NCBI GenBank assembly: GCA_001779195.1
Contig: MFJL01000019.1
Coordinates: 27,192-91,191, forward strand
From: Candidatus Gottesmanbacteria bacterium RIFCSPHIGHO2_02_FULL_39_11
Lineage (GTDB): Bacteria; Patescibacteriota; Microgenomatia; 2-02-FULL-39-11
DNA: 64,000 nucleotides
Reading direction: 5' to 3'
Shown here: one piece after another, positions 28,866-38,116 of the stretch
Position numbering within the stretch: position 1 is the stretch's first letter
How the letters are laid out: every line of letters starts with the position of its first letter
The notes under the pieces: generated by a model
What the model was told of the DNA's origin: nothing
The model's database searches: none
The model's input: the letters and a program-made list of their open reading frames with translations, nothing else
Made by a program: the position numbers and the translations under genes

Positions 28866-29056
28866 ACAAAATAAATAGTTATCCTCTTATAAGCTCAGAA
28901 GGGTTAAAAAAAGCTGCCGAGGATTTTAAGAAAGACCTGATCATGGGTCTTTCCAACCAAACCTCTTCCCTTCCCATGATTTTAAACCCTATTCATAGAA
29001 TTCCTGCTCATCCAGGAAGCGGGGTTGCTGTTTCAATCGGATCTTTCAGTTTTTAA
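28862..29056 (+). pseudogene. Hexokinase N-terminal gene fragment (duplicate of the 5' end of gene 30488-31708)
   Basis: The 64-aa ORF has a core DFKKDLIMGLSNQTSSLPMILNPI identical to hexokinase residues 24-47, with ~75 bp about 93% identical at the nucleotide level. It is truncated exactly where the AbiE cassette begins. Confidence 0.6.
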
Positions 29057-29816
29057 CGAGGCTAGCTCTCAAATAGGAAGTGATATAGGAGAATAGCCTG
29101 GGAAGATCGTGCCTTTCTTTTATCGGGACAAAGGGTTGTAAATCACGTACGAAATCTTTCTCTGTAAATTTTCCGAGAGATTTTTCAAGAGGATCTTTTC
29201 CATCCAGTTCTAAACCATAGTATTTCAATTTTTTCTGAATCATCCGCATAGTAGGGTTTATTCCTAGAGTCGACAAATACCAAAGATCATAAAGATCGCG
29301 GCCTTTTTTTCGAGAAGTAAGCGCTCGAATCTTCTCTGCAAACAGTTCCTCTTTTGACAGATGATGAATATAGGAAGTAAATAAAACGGGATAGTCTGTC
29401 TCTATGATAGATTTTTCTTTAATAAGAACTTTTTCGCGAAATGAGAAATCGAGATTGATGAAAATATCATATGGCATGACTCCAGGCTTTAGAGTAAGAA
29501 GGAATCGTTTCCCCGTGATTGTTTTTCTTTCTTTAAACCCTATCGTTTCCTGCTGGGATAACTTTTTAACCGTATCTCTTATAAGAACTAAAAAATCTTT
29601 CTCATCCATATTGACAGTAAAATCCAGATCTTCTGAAAACCGCGGAGCTTTGTAGATCAGGTGAATTGCGGTTCCTCCCTTAAAAAAGATCGATGAACTT
29701 TTCTTTTGCTGATACAGCATACTTAAAAATAAAATTTGAAGATATTCCCGAAGAATGACTGATTGAGTGATATTGAGTTTTTTTGAAAGTAAAGTTAGTT
29801 GGCTAGTCGTAATCAT
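29046..29816 (-). CDS. AbiEii/AbiGii nucleotidyltransferase toxin (DUF1814)
   Basis: FFKGGTAIHLIYKAPRFSEDLDFTV is the AbiEii signature GGTAL...R.SEDLDF. Confidence 0.8.
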   Translation of the reverse strand: MITTSQLTLLSKKLNITQSVILREYLQILFLSMLYQQKKSSSIFFKGGTAIHLIYKAPRFSEDLDFTVNMDEKDFLVLIRDTVKKLSQQETIGFKERKTITGKRFLLTLKPGVMPYDIFINLDFSFREKVLIKEKSIIETDYPVLFTSYIHHLSKEELFAEKIRALTSRKKGRDLYDLWYLSTLGINPTMRMIQKKLKYYGLELDGKDPLEKSLGKFTEKDFVRDLQPFVPIKERHDLPRLFSYITSYLRASLVKN

Positions 29817-30412
29817 ATGTGTTTTTTTACCGTCTCAATCATAGTTTCAAACGATCGTGTGCGGGGAAACTGCTTAGAATAGTGTATGAATTTCGATATC
29901 TTGATACTAGAAAAGTCACATTCCTCAAGGTGGATTGTTTTAATCCCTTTTGAAACAAGGTAAAGTTGATCAAGAAGCGCTTTTTCTGCCTCAGCTATGA
30001 GATAATTCTCTTTTTTTTCATATCCCCAAAAAAGGGATTTATTCAGATGTGTATAGGTAAATAGCTTTTCAAACATCTTTTTTTTGACTGATTTTCCCGA
30101 TGTTGCACTTGTGATCTCATAGGGAAACTGTGGAAGAATGCCTAGACTATTGAGAGCACTCTCAAAAGAAATATACGAGGGTGTATAACTTGATGAAGCT
30201 ATCTCAAAATCAGTGACAGGTCGACCTAGGAACACATAATGATCGCGTTCAATTTTTTTGATGATCTTGCTTTTCTCAAGCCGTTTTATGATGCTATACA
30301 CTGTAGGCTCTTTAGTAACTCCAAGAATATCCTTGAGCGTTTTTAACCGCAGTATTGAGAGCTCTGAGTCGTATAGCCTTTTAGTAAGTGATGCAATCGA
30401 ATACGATTCCAT
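29813..30412 (-). CDS. AbiEi antitoxin/transcriptional regulator (type IV TA system)
   Basis: The N-terminal wHTH (SILRLKTLKDILGVTKEPTVYSIIKRLEKSKII) plus a C-terminal AbiEi_4-like domain overlaps the AbiEii gene by 4 nt. Confidence 0.7.
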   Translation of the reverse strand: MESYSIASLTKRLYDSELSILRLKTLKDILGVTKEPTVYSIIKRLEKSKIIKKIERDHYVFLGRPVTDFEIASSSYTPSYISFESALNSLGILPQFPYEITSATSGKSVKKKMFEKLFTYTHLNKSLFWGYEKKENYLIAEAEKALLDQLYLVSKGIKTIHLEECDFSSIKISKFIHYSKQFPRTRSFETMIETVKKHI

Positions 30413-30487
30413 ATACTATTGATATTAGATAGTTTAAAGAATCGTGTCAAGGTCTTATATGCGAAGAAGAAAAAAGTATGATAAAGT

Positions 30488-31708
30488 ATGCACATGGAAA
30501 ATGATATGAATACGTATCCTTTACTCAGTGACCAGCAGGTTGAGAAGGCTTCTGAGGATTTTAAAAAAGACCTGATCATGGGTCTTTCTAACCAAACCTC
30601 CTCCCTTCCCATGATTTTAAATCCTATTAGCAAAATCCCTGCACATCCCGGAAATGGAGTCGCAGTATCAATCGGAGGGACAAACGGGTATGTATCCCTT
30701 TTTCATATTTCCCAAAGCGGAGTAATCAAATTTCTCAACCGGGAATTTTTTACTCTTCCTACTCAAACCACCAAAGAAAATTTATTTGAATTAATCACAA
30801 AAAAAGTTCCTGCCGTTTCCAAAGGAAAGAAAGAAGTACTTCCTATCGGAATAGGCTTTGCGTATCCCCTAAAGCCTATCCTGCATGCCGGATTTATTGA
30901 CGGAATTTTAGTTGAAATGTCAAAAGGTCGTACTATAAAAGGTCTGGTTGGGCAAAAAGTCGGACAGGAATACCATAGATATCTTATTGAAAAACACAAT
31001 TTAGATACAACCGTGACGGTTGCCAATGATGCAATTTGTCTCTTATTAGGAGGAGATGGGGTGGAGATTGCCGGGGTTGTCGGAACCGGGCTTAATTTTG
31101 CGTATTGGGAAAAAAGATCTCATATTGCACCCCTCAAGCTTTCTGAGCTTCCCGGGTTTTCCCAACATGAAGTTGCCATAAATATTGAGTCTGCAAATTT
31201 TGACAAAATTCCTCCTACTTCACTATTGAAAATAGTAGATAAGCAAAGCAATAATCCGGGGGATGCACTTTCTGAGAAAGAGTGCGCCGGAGCCTATTTA
31301 TTTGAGCTGTTTAATGCAGGGAAAGATGAAATAGTCGGAGAATCATGTCCAAAGATGAATTCAACGGACGAACTGAACGAAATTGTTATTGGGGCGTCAG
31401 AAAAGATAAGAAGCCTGAGTTTGGAAGAAAAAAAACGGGCAAAAGAATTTGCGGAAAACCTTTTTAAACGATCTGCTCAGATAACTGCTATTCAGATATC
31501 AGGAATTTTGGAAAAAATCGGAAAGACAAAAGGGATCGTGCCCATTGTTATGGAGGGAGGAATTTTTTGGAAGGCAAAAAACTATTCAACTCTTGTCAAT
31601 GCCTATATTCATGATGTTCTCCCGGAAGTTATCCCCTCATTTGCCCGTCTGTTTGGTTCATCCCGGAGAGGAATTGCGGTACTTGCCAGAAGTCCTGCGG
31701 CTAGTTAA
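30488..31708 (+). CDS. Hexokinase family protein (eukaryote-type hexokinase fold)
   Basis: MILNPISKIPAHPGNGVAVSIGGTNGYVSL corresponds to ML.PT..P.G.E.G.FLALDLGGTNFRV. LPIGIGFAYP, VANDAICLL, VGTGLNFAY and MEGGIFW...GSSRRGIAVLA are also present. Confidence 0.72.
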   Translation: MHMENDMNTYPLLSDQQVEKASEDFKKDLIMGLSNQTSSLPMILNPISKIPAHPGNGVAVSIGGTNGYVSLFHISQSGVIKFLNREFFTLPTQTTKENLFELITKKVPAVSKGKKEVLPIGIGFAYPLKPILHAGFIDGILVEMSKGRTIKGLVGQKVGQEYHRYLIEKHNLDTTVTVANDAICLLLGGDGVEIAGVVGTGLNFAYWEKRSHIAPLKLSELPGFSQHEVAINIESANFDKIPPTSLLKIVDKQSNNPGDALSEKECAGAYLFELFNAGKDEIVGESCPKMNSTDELNEIVIGASEKIRSLSLEEKKRAKEFAENLFKRSAQITAIQISGILEKIGKTKGIVPIVMEGGIFWKAKNYSTLVNAYIHDVLPEVIPSFARLFGSSRRGIAVLARSPAAS

Positions 31709-32634
31709 GCCCTGACAATTTTTCCACCAAGTTCATAAACCTTTCTTACCCCTCTTTTTTTTGCCAGATAATATGTCAGGAAATTAAAAGGAATGATAGA
31801 AAGAAGAGGAGAAAAATTTTCTTCGGGAGATTCTACAGATAATGAAATAGAGAGACAGTTTTTAACATTTTTTATTTTATTTTTAATGGTTGTCAACCTT
31901 TGACCAACTTCTCCCTTTGCATCAATAAAAATAACAATAGAATCCTTTGCTGTTTCTTTGGGACCGTGGTCATACTCAGCCAAGCTCATTCCTATAATTC
32001 CCAGTTTTGCCGCTTCTCCCATAGTAAGGGCCGCCTGTTTTGCCGTTGCCAGGTTCGGCCCGCTTCCTACAATATAAAAACTTGTATGATGAACTTTGTT
32101 CATAAAAGAAAAAATTTCATCGGCACTCTCTTCTCCCCATTTTTCATAAGAAGGCAAATCTCTGGGTAGAATTTTGAGAGTTTCGGAAACTGAAAATCCG
32201 AGTCCCCGGTAAAGGGTAATGAGGGTATTAATATATGTTTTACTTGAAATGGCGGTCTCTTTCCCTGACTCAAGTAAAATTTTTTCTGACACATTTTTTC
32301 CGGTTGCAAGAGGAGAGGAAGGATCATTGGTTATGGCAACATATGTTTTAAATCGTTCCCGGCACCAAAGAGTCTCACTGCTGTGTCCGGATTGTGATAT
32401 AAGTACTCCCTTATTTGTTTTAGATACGGGTGAGGAGCGGTAGTAATAATATTCTGAAGATAAATCAGGATAGATAGGGGCATTTGCGTAATAGAGAGCT
32501 AAGATTGGGTTGTAGGAAGCCCCCATTCCAAGATATGGAACATGAACAGGAAGCCGGATGTCGCGTTGGGTGTGTAAGCACCTATCTGCAGCTTCCGGAA
32601 TTTCGCGGATTTCTTTTAATAAAAGATCTAGCAT
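31705..32634 (-). CDS. SIS-domain sugar phosphate isomerase
   Basis: VLISQSGHSSETL is the SIS motif, and there are two SIS-like halves. Confidence 0.72.
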   Translation of the reverse strand: MLDLLLKEIREIPEAADRCLHTQRDIRLPVHVPYLGMGASYNPILALYYANAPIYPDLSSEYYYYRSSPVSKTNKGVLISQSGHSSETLWCRERFKTYVAITNDPSSPLATGKNVSEKILLESGKETAISSKTYINTLITLYRGLGFSVSETLKILPRDLPSYEKWGEESADEIFSFMNKVHHTSFYIVGSGPNLATAKQAALTMGEAAKLGIIGMSLAEYDHGPKETAKDSIVIFIDAKGEVGQRLTTIKNKIKNVKNCLSISLSVESPEENFSPLLSIIPFNFLTYYLAKKRGVRKVYELGGKIVRA

Positions 32635-32645
32635 ACTGGATATTT

Positions 32646-33578
32646 TTATTCTACTGCAATAACGGTTGCCGGAGTTAGCTCGTCAAAAACTTCTCTGGCT
32701 TTTATTTTACCCGTCCCGACTGTCTGCATTCCTCCCAAATACAAAGCTCTCGCATTTCCGATTTTTCCATACTCGCTTCCTGCCTGGCTTACAAAACAGT
32801 CAAGCGCTTTTTGCCGAAGGGAAGGAATATCCCCCTCCGGATCATACTCAAAATAAAGGTTGGGGTTAGGAACTCCTTTGCCCCAGGTAGCATACCGTCT
32901 CCAGGAAAGAAAACGGTCTGCTTTACCGGGAACTCTGCCCTGCCAGAAGTCATTTTCCGTTCCCCACGCAATCATTCTCTCAACTGCTTTTGCAACCGCA
33001 TGATGGTCCGGATGCCGATCCGCTTCTAAGTCCGGATGAGGCGAATACATAATGTGCGGATTAATCGTGCGGACAATGGACTCCCAAACGGATGAAAGAG
33101 TAGGATCATCTCCCCTCCAGCGGGATTCTGAGAAGCCTGAAGTACCATCCGGAAGGGTTATGATTCCGATTTTATTTACACCCGTAATTTGAGAAGAGAG
33201 GATATCTTCTGCCAGACGAACCGTTAAAAAGCTTTCATTATCGGCAAATCCCCGGCTTTCCCGTCCGGTTGAGGCATTGGTAAATAACAGCTCCAAAACA
33301 GTATCTCCCTGTTTTATATGATGGTGTGTTGCGGCAGTTGCAACCAAAGGCAGGTCGTCAGAATGAGGTGAGCAAAATAGAACGGTTTTTGATGAGCGAT
33401 TGGAATTGGGAGAAGGATTGGTAAGATACCAGACTATTTTATAGTTGCGTGCAAATTTGTTTTTTAACGACTGAATTTCCGTGGGCGTTTGTCTAACGAT
33501 TTGTGCACAATACTCAATCCATCTTTGGGAATCTTGTGGAAGTCTAATTTGATTGGGCGAAAGAGATACTTTTTTCAT
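32646..33578 (-). CDS. PIG-L/LmbE-family N-acetylglucosaminyl deacetylase
   Basis: LFCSPHSDDL and HPDHHAVAKA correspond to the LmbE PH.DD and HPDH motifs. Confidence 0.78.
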   Translation of the reverse strand: MKKVSLSPNQIRLPQDSQRWIEYCAQIVRQTPTEIQSLKNKFARNYKIVWYLTNPSPNSNRSSKTVLFCSPHSDDLPLVATAATHHHIKQGDTVLELLFTNASTGRESRGFADNESFLTVRLAEDILSSQITGVNKIGIITLPDGTSGFSESRWRGDDPTLSSVWESIVRTINPHIMYSPHPDLEADRHPDHHAVAKAVERMIAWGTENDFWQGRVPGKADRFLSWRRYATWGKGVPNPNLYFEYDPEGDIPSLRQKALDCFVSQAGSEYGKIGNARALYLGGMQTVGTGKIKAREVFDELTPATVIAVE

Positions 33579-33657
33579 ATTAGCAATATTTGACTGGAAT
33601 AAAACTTATGCTATTATACCACTGTTATCATACATTATCATACTCTGTTATTGGTAT

Positions 33658-34902
33658 ATGAACGTCACAACAGAAATTAAGCAAGATGGGCGATCTGCAA
33701 GTTTTACACAGTTTCAGCCAAATTCAGGGGCTGTTTCCGGTAATCGATTTATAGACTTCTATAACGCAGGAGGCAGACTGAAACTTTCATCTGAAGAAAA
33801 GAATAGGGCTCATCATTATTCCTGTTCAGGACAGGTAGGAGCCATAATTCCCGTTCGAAACGAACTTGGAAACGGATCTGCTTATCCGGATACACTGGAA
33901 TATTTCAAAGATGCATTGGGAGATCCCAGAAAAATACTTGTTGTAGACGCTGACTCAACAGACGGATCTTTTGAAGAAGCCGCTAACAAAGGAATACCGG
34001 TTGTAAAACAAGGAGATATAGAACGAGCATTAAAGGGTGAAAAAATAGAAAAAGATTTTGATGTTCGTTTTCCATTAAATCCCGGGAAAGGAAAAACACT
34101 CCAGCTTGGCGGCCTCTTTTACTATTATCTCCGTCAAAGATTTAATAATGGGAATTATCATGTGCCGGAACCCGTTGAGATACAGGAATCAGATAGTGAC
34201 ATTGCAACCATCTGGAAATTTGATCCCGCTACCTGGTTTTCATGGGTATCAATTCAGTCTAAAAAACCATATACAGCAGTGCTTGCTGCGCAGACAAATC
34301 GAAATAATCAGGAAGTTATGCATGCAATCACCAGTCGTATGGGACAAAATCCCGGTTTTGATCGGGATGCAGTTGTTTTTCAGGAAATGAAATGGCCGTT
34401 ATCAGGACAACGGAGAGTCACACCAAGTCTTTTATATGAGCTTCCTGGTGTTACAGGATACCCTGTTGAAACAATGCAGGATCTTGCATCCATTGCCCAT
34501 GCTCGAAAAGCAGGAGGTAGAATTGCACAAGTGGAGATTATAAATCGCTGCGGAGATGGTCAGAATTCGCCCTATAAAGAAGAGACTATGATGGGTTCGA
34601 TAAGTGCATTAGTGGATGCTGTAGTGGGTGATGTTTATTCGAAGGGATATGATTTAACAAATATGCCTCTTGAGGTGTATCGATTATTGAATCAAGAGCT
34701 TCGCAGGCGGGAATGTAATGATCAGGGAGAGCCATTTTCAGTTTCTGTAATCTCAGATAAACCCGGTCCAAATATCCTGATACCTGCACGTTTAGACCAG
34801 GTTCTTTCATCTCCAAGCTGTCTAGTAAGAGAAGGCTATGTGGACGAGAATATTCTTTTTAATATAGCTCAAGATCTTTATGGTAAAGTATGGTCAATAT
34901 GA
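33658..34902 (+). CDS. GT-A fold glycosyltransferase, glucosyl/mannosyl-3-phosphoglycerate synthase-like
   Basis: IIPVRNELGNG ... ILVVDADSTDGSFEEA shows GT2/GT81 signatures. The true start is the ATG at 33658, because the track ORF extends upstream across the divergent gene. Confidence 0.55.
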   Translation: MNVTTEIKQDGRSASFTQFQPNSGAVSGNRFIDFYNAGGRLKLSSEEKNRAHHYSCSGQVGAIIPVRNELGNGSAYPDTLEYFKDALGDPRKILVVDADSTDGSFEEAANKGIPVVKQGDIERALKGEKIEKDFDVRFPLNPGKGKTLQLGGLFYYYLRQRFNNGNYHVPEPVEIQESDSDIATIWKFDPATWFSWVSIQSKKPYTAVLAAQTNRNNQEVMHAITSRMGQNPGFDRDAVVFQEMKWPLSGQRRVTPSLLYELPGVTGYPVETMQDLASIAHARKAGGRIAQVEIINRCGDGQNSPYKEETMMGSISALVDAVVGDVYSKGYDLTNMPLEVYRLLNQELRRRECNDQGEPFSVSVISDKPGPNILIPARLDQVLSSPSCLVREGYVDENILFNIAQDLYGKVWSI

Positions 34903-36074
34903 TAATTCCTAAAGAAGATCAATTACTTATCGACCGAATAAAATCAGCAATTGGCTCTAAAAAATATTTTGTCAAAAGAAGAGCAAGCGGGCTTTTAAAA
35001 CATGATTACCTGGTTCCCGGAGGATTTTATAACGAGCAATGGGACTGGGATGGATTTTATATGGGAGTTGCTTTGGCAAGTGAAATTCCTACAGAAGCAG
35101 TATTTCTCAAAAACTGGGCATTAAATTATATGGAATTATCAGATGAAAGGGGATATTCTCCCGGTTGTGTCACTCCGAATGGACCTGAAAAGGGAACCCG
35201 GGCATTTCCTATGAAACCGTTTATCGCTCAGGGAGTGTATCTTTCAAGTAATTTTTTAAATGATTTTATCTGGATTAAGCATTACTACAAAAAACTTCGA
35301 AAAATGGTTTTGTACCGGGAGAAAAATCTCTGGAGCAAAAAATTGGATCTGGGAGTTTGGGGAAACTGGATGGAATCAGGCGCTGACAATAACCTCTCTA
35401 TATTGGGTTTCCCTAAGTCAAGCGTTGTGGCTACTGACGTAAATACATTTATTTATCGCGAATATAAAGCAATGAGTAAGATCGCTTCTGCACTTAATAA
35501 AAAGAAAGATGTTTCTTTTTTTGCAAAGCGGGCTGAAACCATCAAAAAAAATATGCAGAAGTACCTCTGGGATGATACAGATAAGACTTTTTACAATTAT
35601 AATTTGAAAACAAATGAATTTATTCGTAAACATACCTACTCAAATATGATTCCACTTTGGGAGAAGATTGCATCTCTTAAAGACGGAAAAGAAATGATTG
35701 AGAAGTATGTTGTAAATCCCAACAAGCTCTGGTCGAATCATGGGATTCGAACGCTTACTAAAGATGATCCGTTATACAACAACAAAAAGATGATCACTCC
35801 CTACTCCAACTGGCAGGGACCGGTGTGGCCACATACGAACTACATGCATATGCACTCGCTTCTAAACTACGGATTTGAAAAAGAAGCATTTCTTCTTTCG
35901 CGTAAAATAACCCAACTATGTCTGAGCGATTTTGAAAAATCAGGAGGCATGCATGAGTGCTATAGTGCAGAAACGGGCGCTCCTCTTGCGGCTGACAATT
36001 TCGTAAGCTGGAACTTGCTTGTCGGAAATATGCTGCCTGAAGCTTATTCAGGAAATAATCCCTTTTCAATTTAA
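34890..36074 (+). CDS. GH63-like (alpha/alpha)6 glycoside hydrolase (glucosylglycerate/mannosylglycerate hydrolase-like)
   Basis: YSNWQGPVWPHTNYM and GGMHECYSAETGAP are GH63/GH37-type toroid motifs. Confidence 0.55.
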   Translation: MVNMIIPKEDQLLIDRIKSAIGSKKYFVKRRASGLLKHDYLVPGGFYNEQWDWDGFYMGVALASEIPTEAVFLKNWALNYMELSDERGYSPGCVTPNGPEKGTRAFPMKPFIAQGVYLSSNFLNDFIWIKHYYKKLRKMVLYREKNLWSKKLDLGVWGNWMESGADNNLSILGFPKSSVVATDVNTFIYREYKAMSKIASALNKKKDVSFFAKRAETIKKNMQKYLWDDTDKTFYNYNLKTNEFIRKHTYSNMIPLWEKIASLKDGKEMIEKYVVNPNKLWSNHGIRTLTKDDPLYNNKKMITPYSNWQGPVWPHTNYMHMHSLLNYGFEKEAFLLSRKITQLCLSDFEKSGGMHECYSAETGAPLAADNFVSWNLLVGNMLPEAYSGNNPFSI

Positions 36075-36100
36075 TAACACGACTACTTATGTAGTAAGCC

Positions 36101-36217
36101 GTCATCCCGCACTTGTTTACCCTGTAAGGGATGCGGGATCCAGAAGTCAAAACACTGGATTCCGGGTCTCGAAACAATCCTTACGGATTTTCCGAGTAAA
36201 CAAGCCCGGAATGACAA
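36101..36217. repeat. Compound hairpin repeat element downstream of the GH63 gene
   Basis: cgtcatcccgcac...gggatgcgggatcc followed by tggattccgggtc...aagcccggaatgacaatg has the same two-hairpin architecture as 51163-51259 and 55216-55310. Confidence 0.6.
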
Positions 36218-36277
36218 TGTAACTCTTTCATCTTTGACCTCTTGCTTAGGGGAAGTTATACTGCTAAATATTATAGT

Positions 36278-37222
36278 ATGATCGATAACCAGCTTCCTAA
36301 GATTTCCGGTTTTGGCCTTACGGTTGTTGATATTCTCATGCAGATTGAGAACGGAATTCATTTATATCAAAAAAACCCTGTTGGAATGCAGATGGTTCAA
36401 TTAGGAGGGGTTGTTCCGACAGCTCTTGTAACCGCATCCCGCCTGGGACTTGACTCCCGGCTGTATACTGCTTTTGGGAGCGATAAATTTTCAGAAATAC
36501 TTTATGATATTTTTGAAAAAGAAAAAGTTAAAACAGAAGAGATTGGAAATCCAGATCTTTACCAAACCCCCCTTTCCGTTGTTGCAATTGATAAACGTAC
36601 CGGAGAAAGAACGGGGTTTAACTCTCAGGGAGATTTTCCGAAACTTGCCCCTTCCAGTATTACGGTTCCACTGGACTCCGATACATCTATTTTGTTAATT
36701 GACGGACATAATCCGTCCTGCTCTTTGCAATTTCTCAAAGAAGCTCATAAATTAGGAGCAAGAGTTCTTTTGGATCTGGGGAATCCTAAAGAGGGAATGG
36801 AAGAGATTATAAAGGAAGCGGATTTTCTAATTGTTCCCCAGGCCTATTGGAAAACGGTGTGGCCCAATATTCCGGTTAAAAAGGTTATGACCGAGCTTTT
36901 AAAAATCGGACCTAAAACAGTTATAATTACCATGGGCCCGCAGGGGTGTCTTATCGGGAATAGTCAGGAGGTTTTTCACCAGCCTGCTTTTGATATCAAT
37001 GTCATTGACACCAATGGTGCCGGAGATATTTTTTTCGGAGCATTTGTATACGGTCTGGCATCCAAATGGGATTTTAAAAAAATCACTACTTTTGCAGCAG
37101 GAGCAGCAGGATATAGCTGTCAGCGGTATGGAAAGCAGGAGAAAATTCCAAAATCAGTAGGGGACATTGAAAATTTTATAAGTACCAATAAACTCCGGAC
37201 ATTTAATTTTAACCTGCTGTGA
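36278..37222 (+). CDS. PfkB-family sugar kinase (tagatose-6-phosphate kinase/ribokinase-like)
   Basis: DTNGAGDIFFGAF is the PfkB C-terminal motif. The ATG at 36278 is used because the track ORF starts at an upstream TTG. Confidence 0.78.
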   Translation: MIDNQLPKISGFGLTVVDILMQIENGIHLYQKNPVGMQMVQLGGVVPTALVTASRLGLDSRLYTAFGSDKFSEILYDIFEKEKVKTEEIGNPDLYQTPLSVVAIDKRTGERTGFNSQGDFPKLAPSSITVPLDSDTSILLIDGHNPSCSLQFLKEAHKLGARVLLDLGNPKEGMEEIIKEADFLIVPQAYWKTVWPNIPVKKVMTELLKIGPKTVIITMGPQGCLIGNSQEVFHQPAFDINVIDTNGAGDIFFGAFVYGLASKWDFKKITTFAAGAAGYSCQRYGKQEKIPKSVGDIENFISTNKLRTFNFNLL

Positions 37223-38081
37223 TATCTGCAATCTGGGAAAAACGGCTAAAGACCGTATTTTTCAGATAGCTGTCTAAGTCGCTTAGAAGATGCTCGTTTA
37301 TTTCCTGCCAGATGGAACGCCCTGCCAAAAATCCGCTGCATCCATTATTTGAGGCAATTGAAATATGTTCTAAAAACTTTTCAAACGGTTCACCTTTACT
37401 AAGAAGTATCCAGGGGGTTTGGTTTAAAAGGCTTGTAATTTTTGTACAGGAATCAGGATCTCCCGGATATTCCAACTTGAAAATATCAGCCTCTACATTT
37501 CTTTCCAGAAAATATTTTACAGATGATATAACGAGATTTTCACCCGATATGTCAATTCCTGAAATGGGATAGGTGACAAGTTCCAGAAAAAAAGGAACGT
37601 TATTTTTTTTACATTCTGCAAGGACTTCTTTTGCGGTATTTAATTGTACGGACGCGCTTTTAGCATGGGGATTAAAAAATAAAAGTATTTTTACTCCCTT
37701 TGCCCCTTTTTCTACTAATTGGTCAACTGTGCAGTCCAAGAGCGTTGTTCTTTCGTGATCTTTTTCTTCATATCCCGTTTTTTCTATGCACAGCAGATAA
37801 GGTTTTTGAGATTGCGGGGAAATGTCTTTATTTACCATATTGTATGCGGGCAAGCCATATTCTAAGTCTACTAAAACTCCTGAAAAAAGAGGATATAAGC
37901 ACTTTATAATCTTGGATTTTATTTCAATAAGTTTGGATAGAGTTTGGGGAGTTTTTTCTTTTACATCCATTATTTTTTCAAAACTTCCCCGGTGGTCGAG
38001 GGCTAGCATTAGCAGTCGGTCGTTTTTTAAAAAAGGAGAGAGAAGAGGCGAGGTGATCATTAATTTTAATTCTAACATAGT
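37209..38081 (-). CDS. lacD: Tagatose-1,6-bisphosphate aldolase-like class I aldolase (LacD family)
   Basis: LLMLALDHRGS, LVDLEYGLPA, EKTGY, PFFLELVTYP and GFLAGRSIW align with the LacD motifs LAFDQRG, LDPEYGLPA, EKTGY, PFFLEVLTY and GVLCGRATW. The start is taken at the internal Met (MLELKLM). Confidence 0.7.
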   Translation of the reverse strand, partial: TMLELKLMITSPLLSPFLKNDRLLMLALDHRGSFEKIMDVKEKTPQTLSKLIEIKSKIIKCLYPLFSGVLVDLEYGLPAYNMVNKDISPQSQKPYLLCIEKTGYEEKDHERTTLLDCTVDQLVEKGAKGVKILLFFNPHAKSASVQLNTAKEVLAECKKNNVPFFLELVTYPISGIDISGENLVISSVKYFLERNVEADIFKLEYPGDPDSCTKITSLLNQTPWILLSKGEPFEKFLEHISIASNNGCSGFLAGRSIWQEINEHLLSDLDSYLKNTVFSRFSQIADITAG

Positions 38082-38116
38082 TGCACTATTGCGGGTGTGA
38101 CATCTACAATATAAGC

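Noticed and set aside
33553-33657. N-terminal extension of the glycosyltransferase ORF
   Set aside because: The extension overlaps the divergently transcribed LmbE-like gene start and encodes an implausible hydrophobic leader. The start at Met 33658 fits the GT-A N-terminus.
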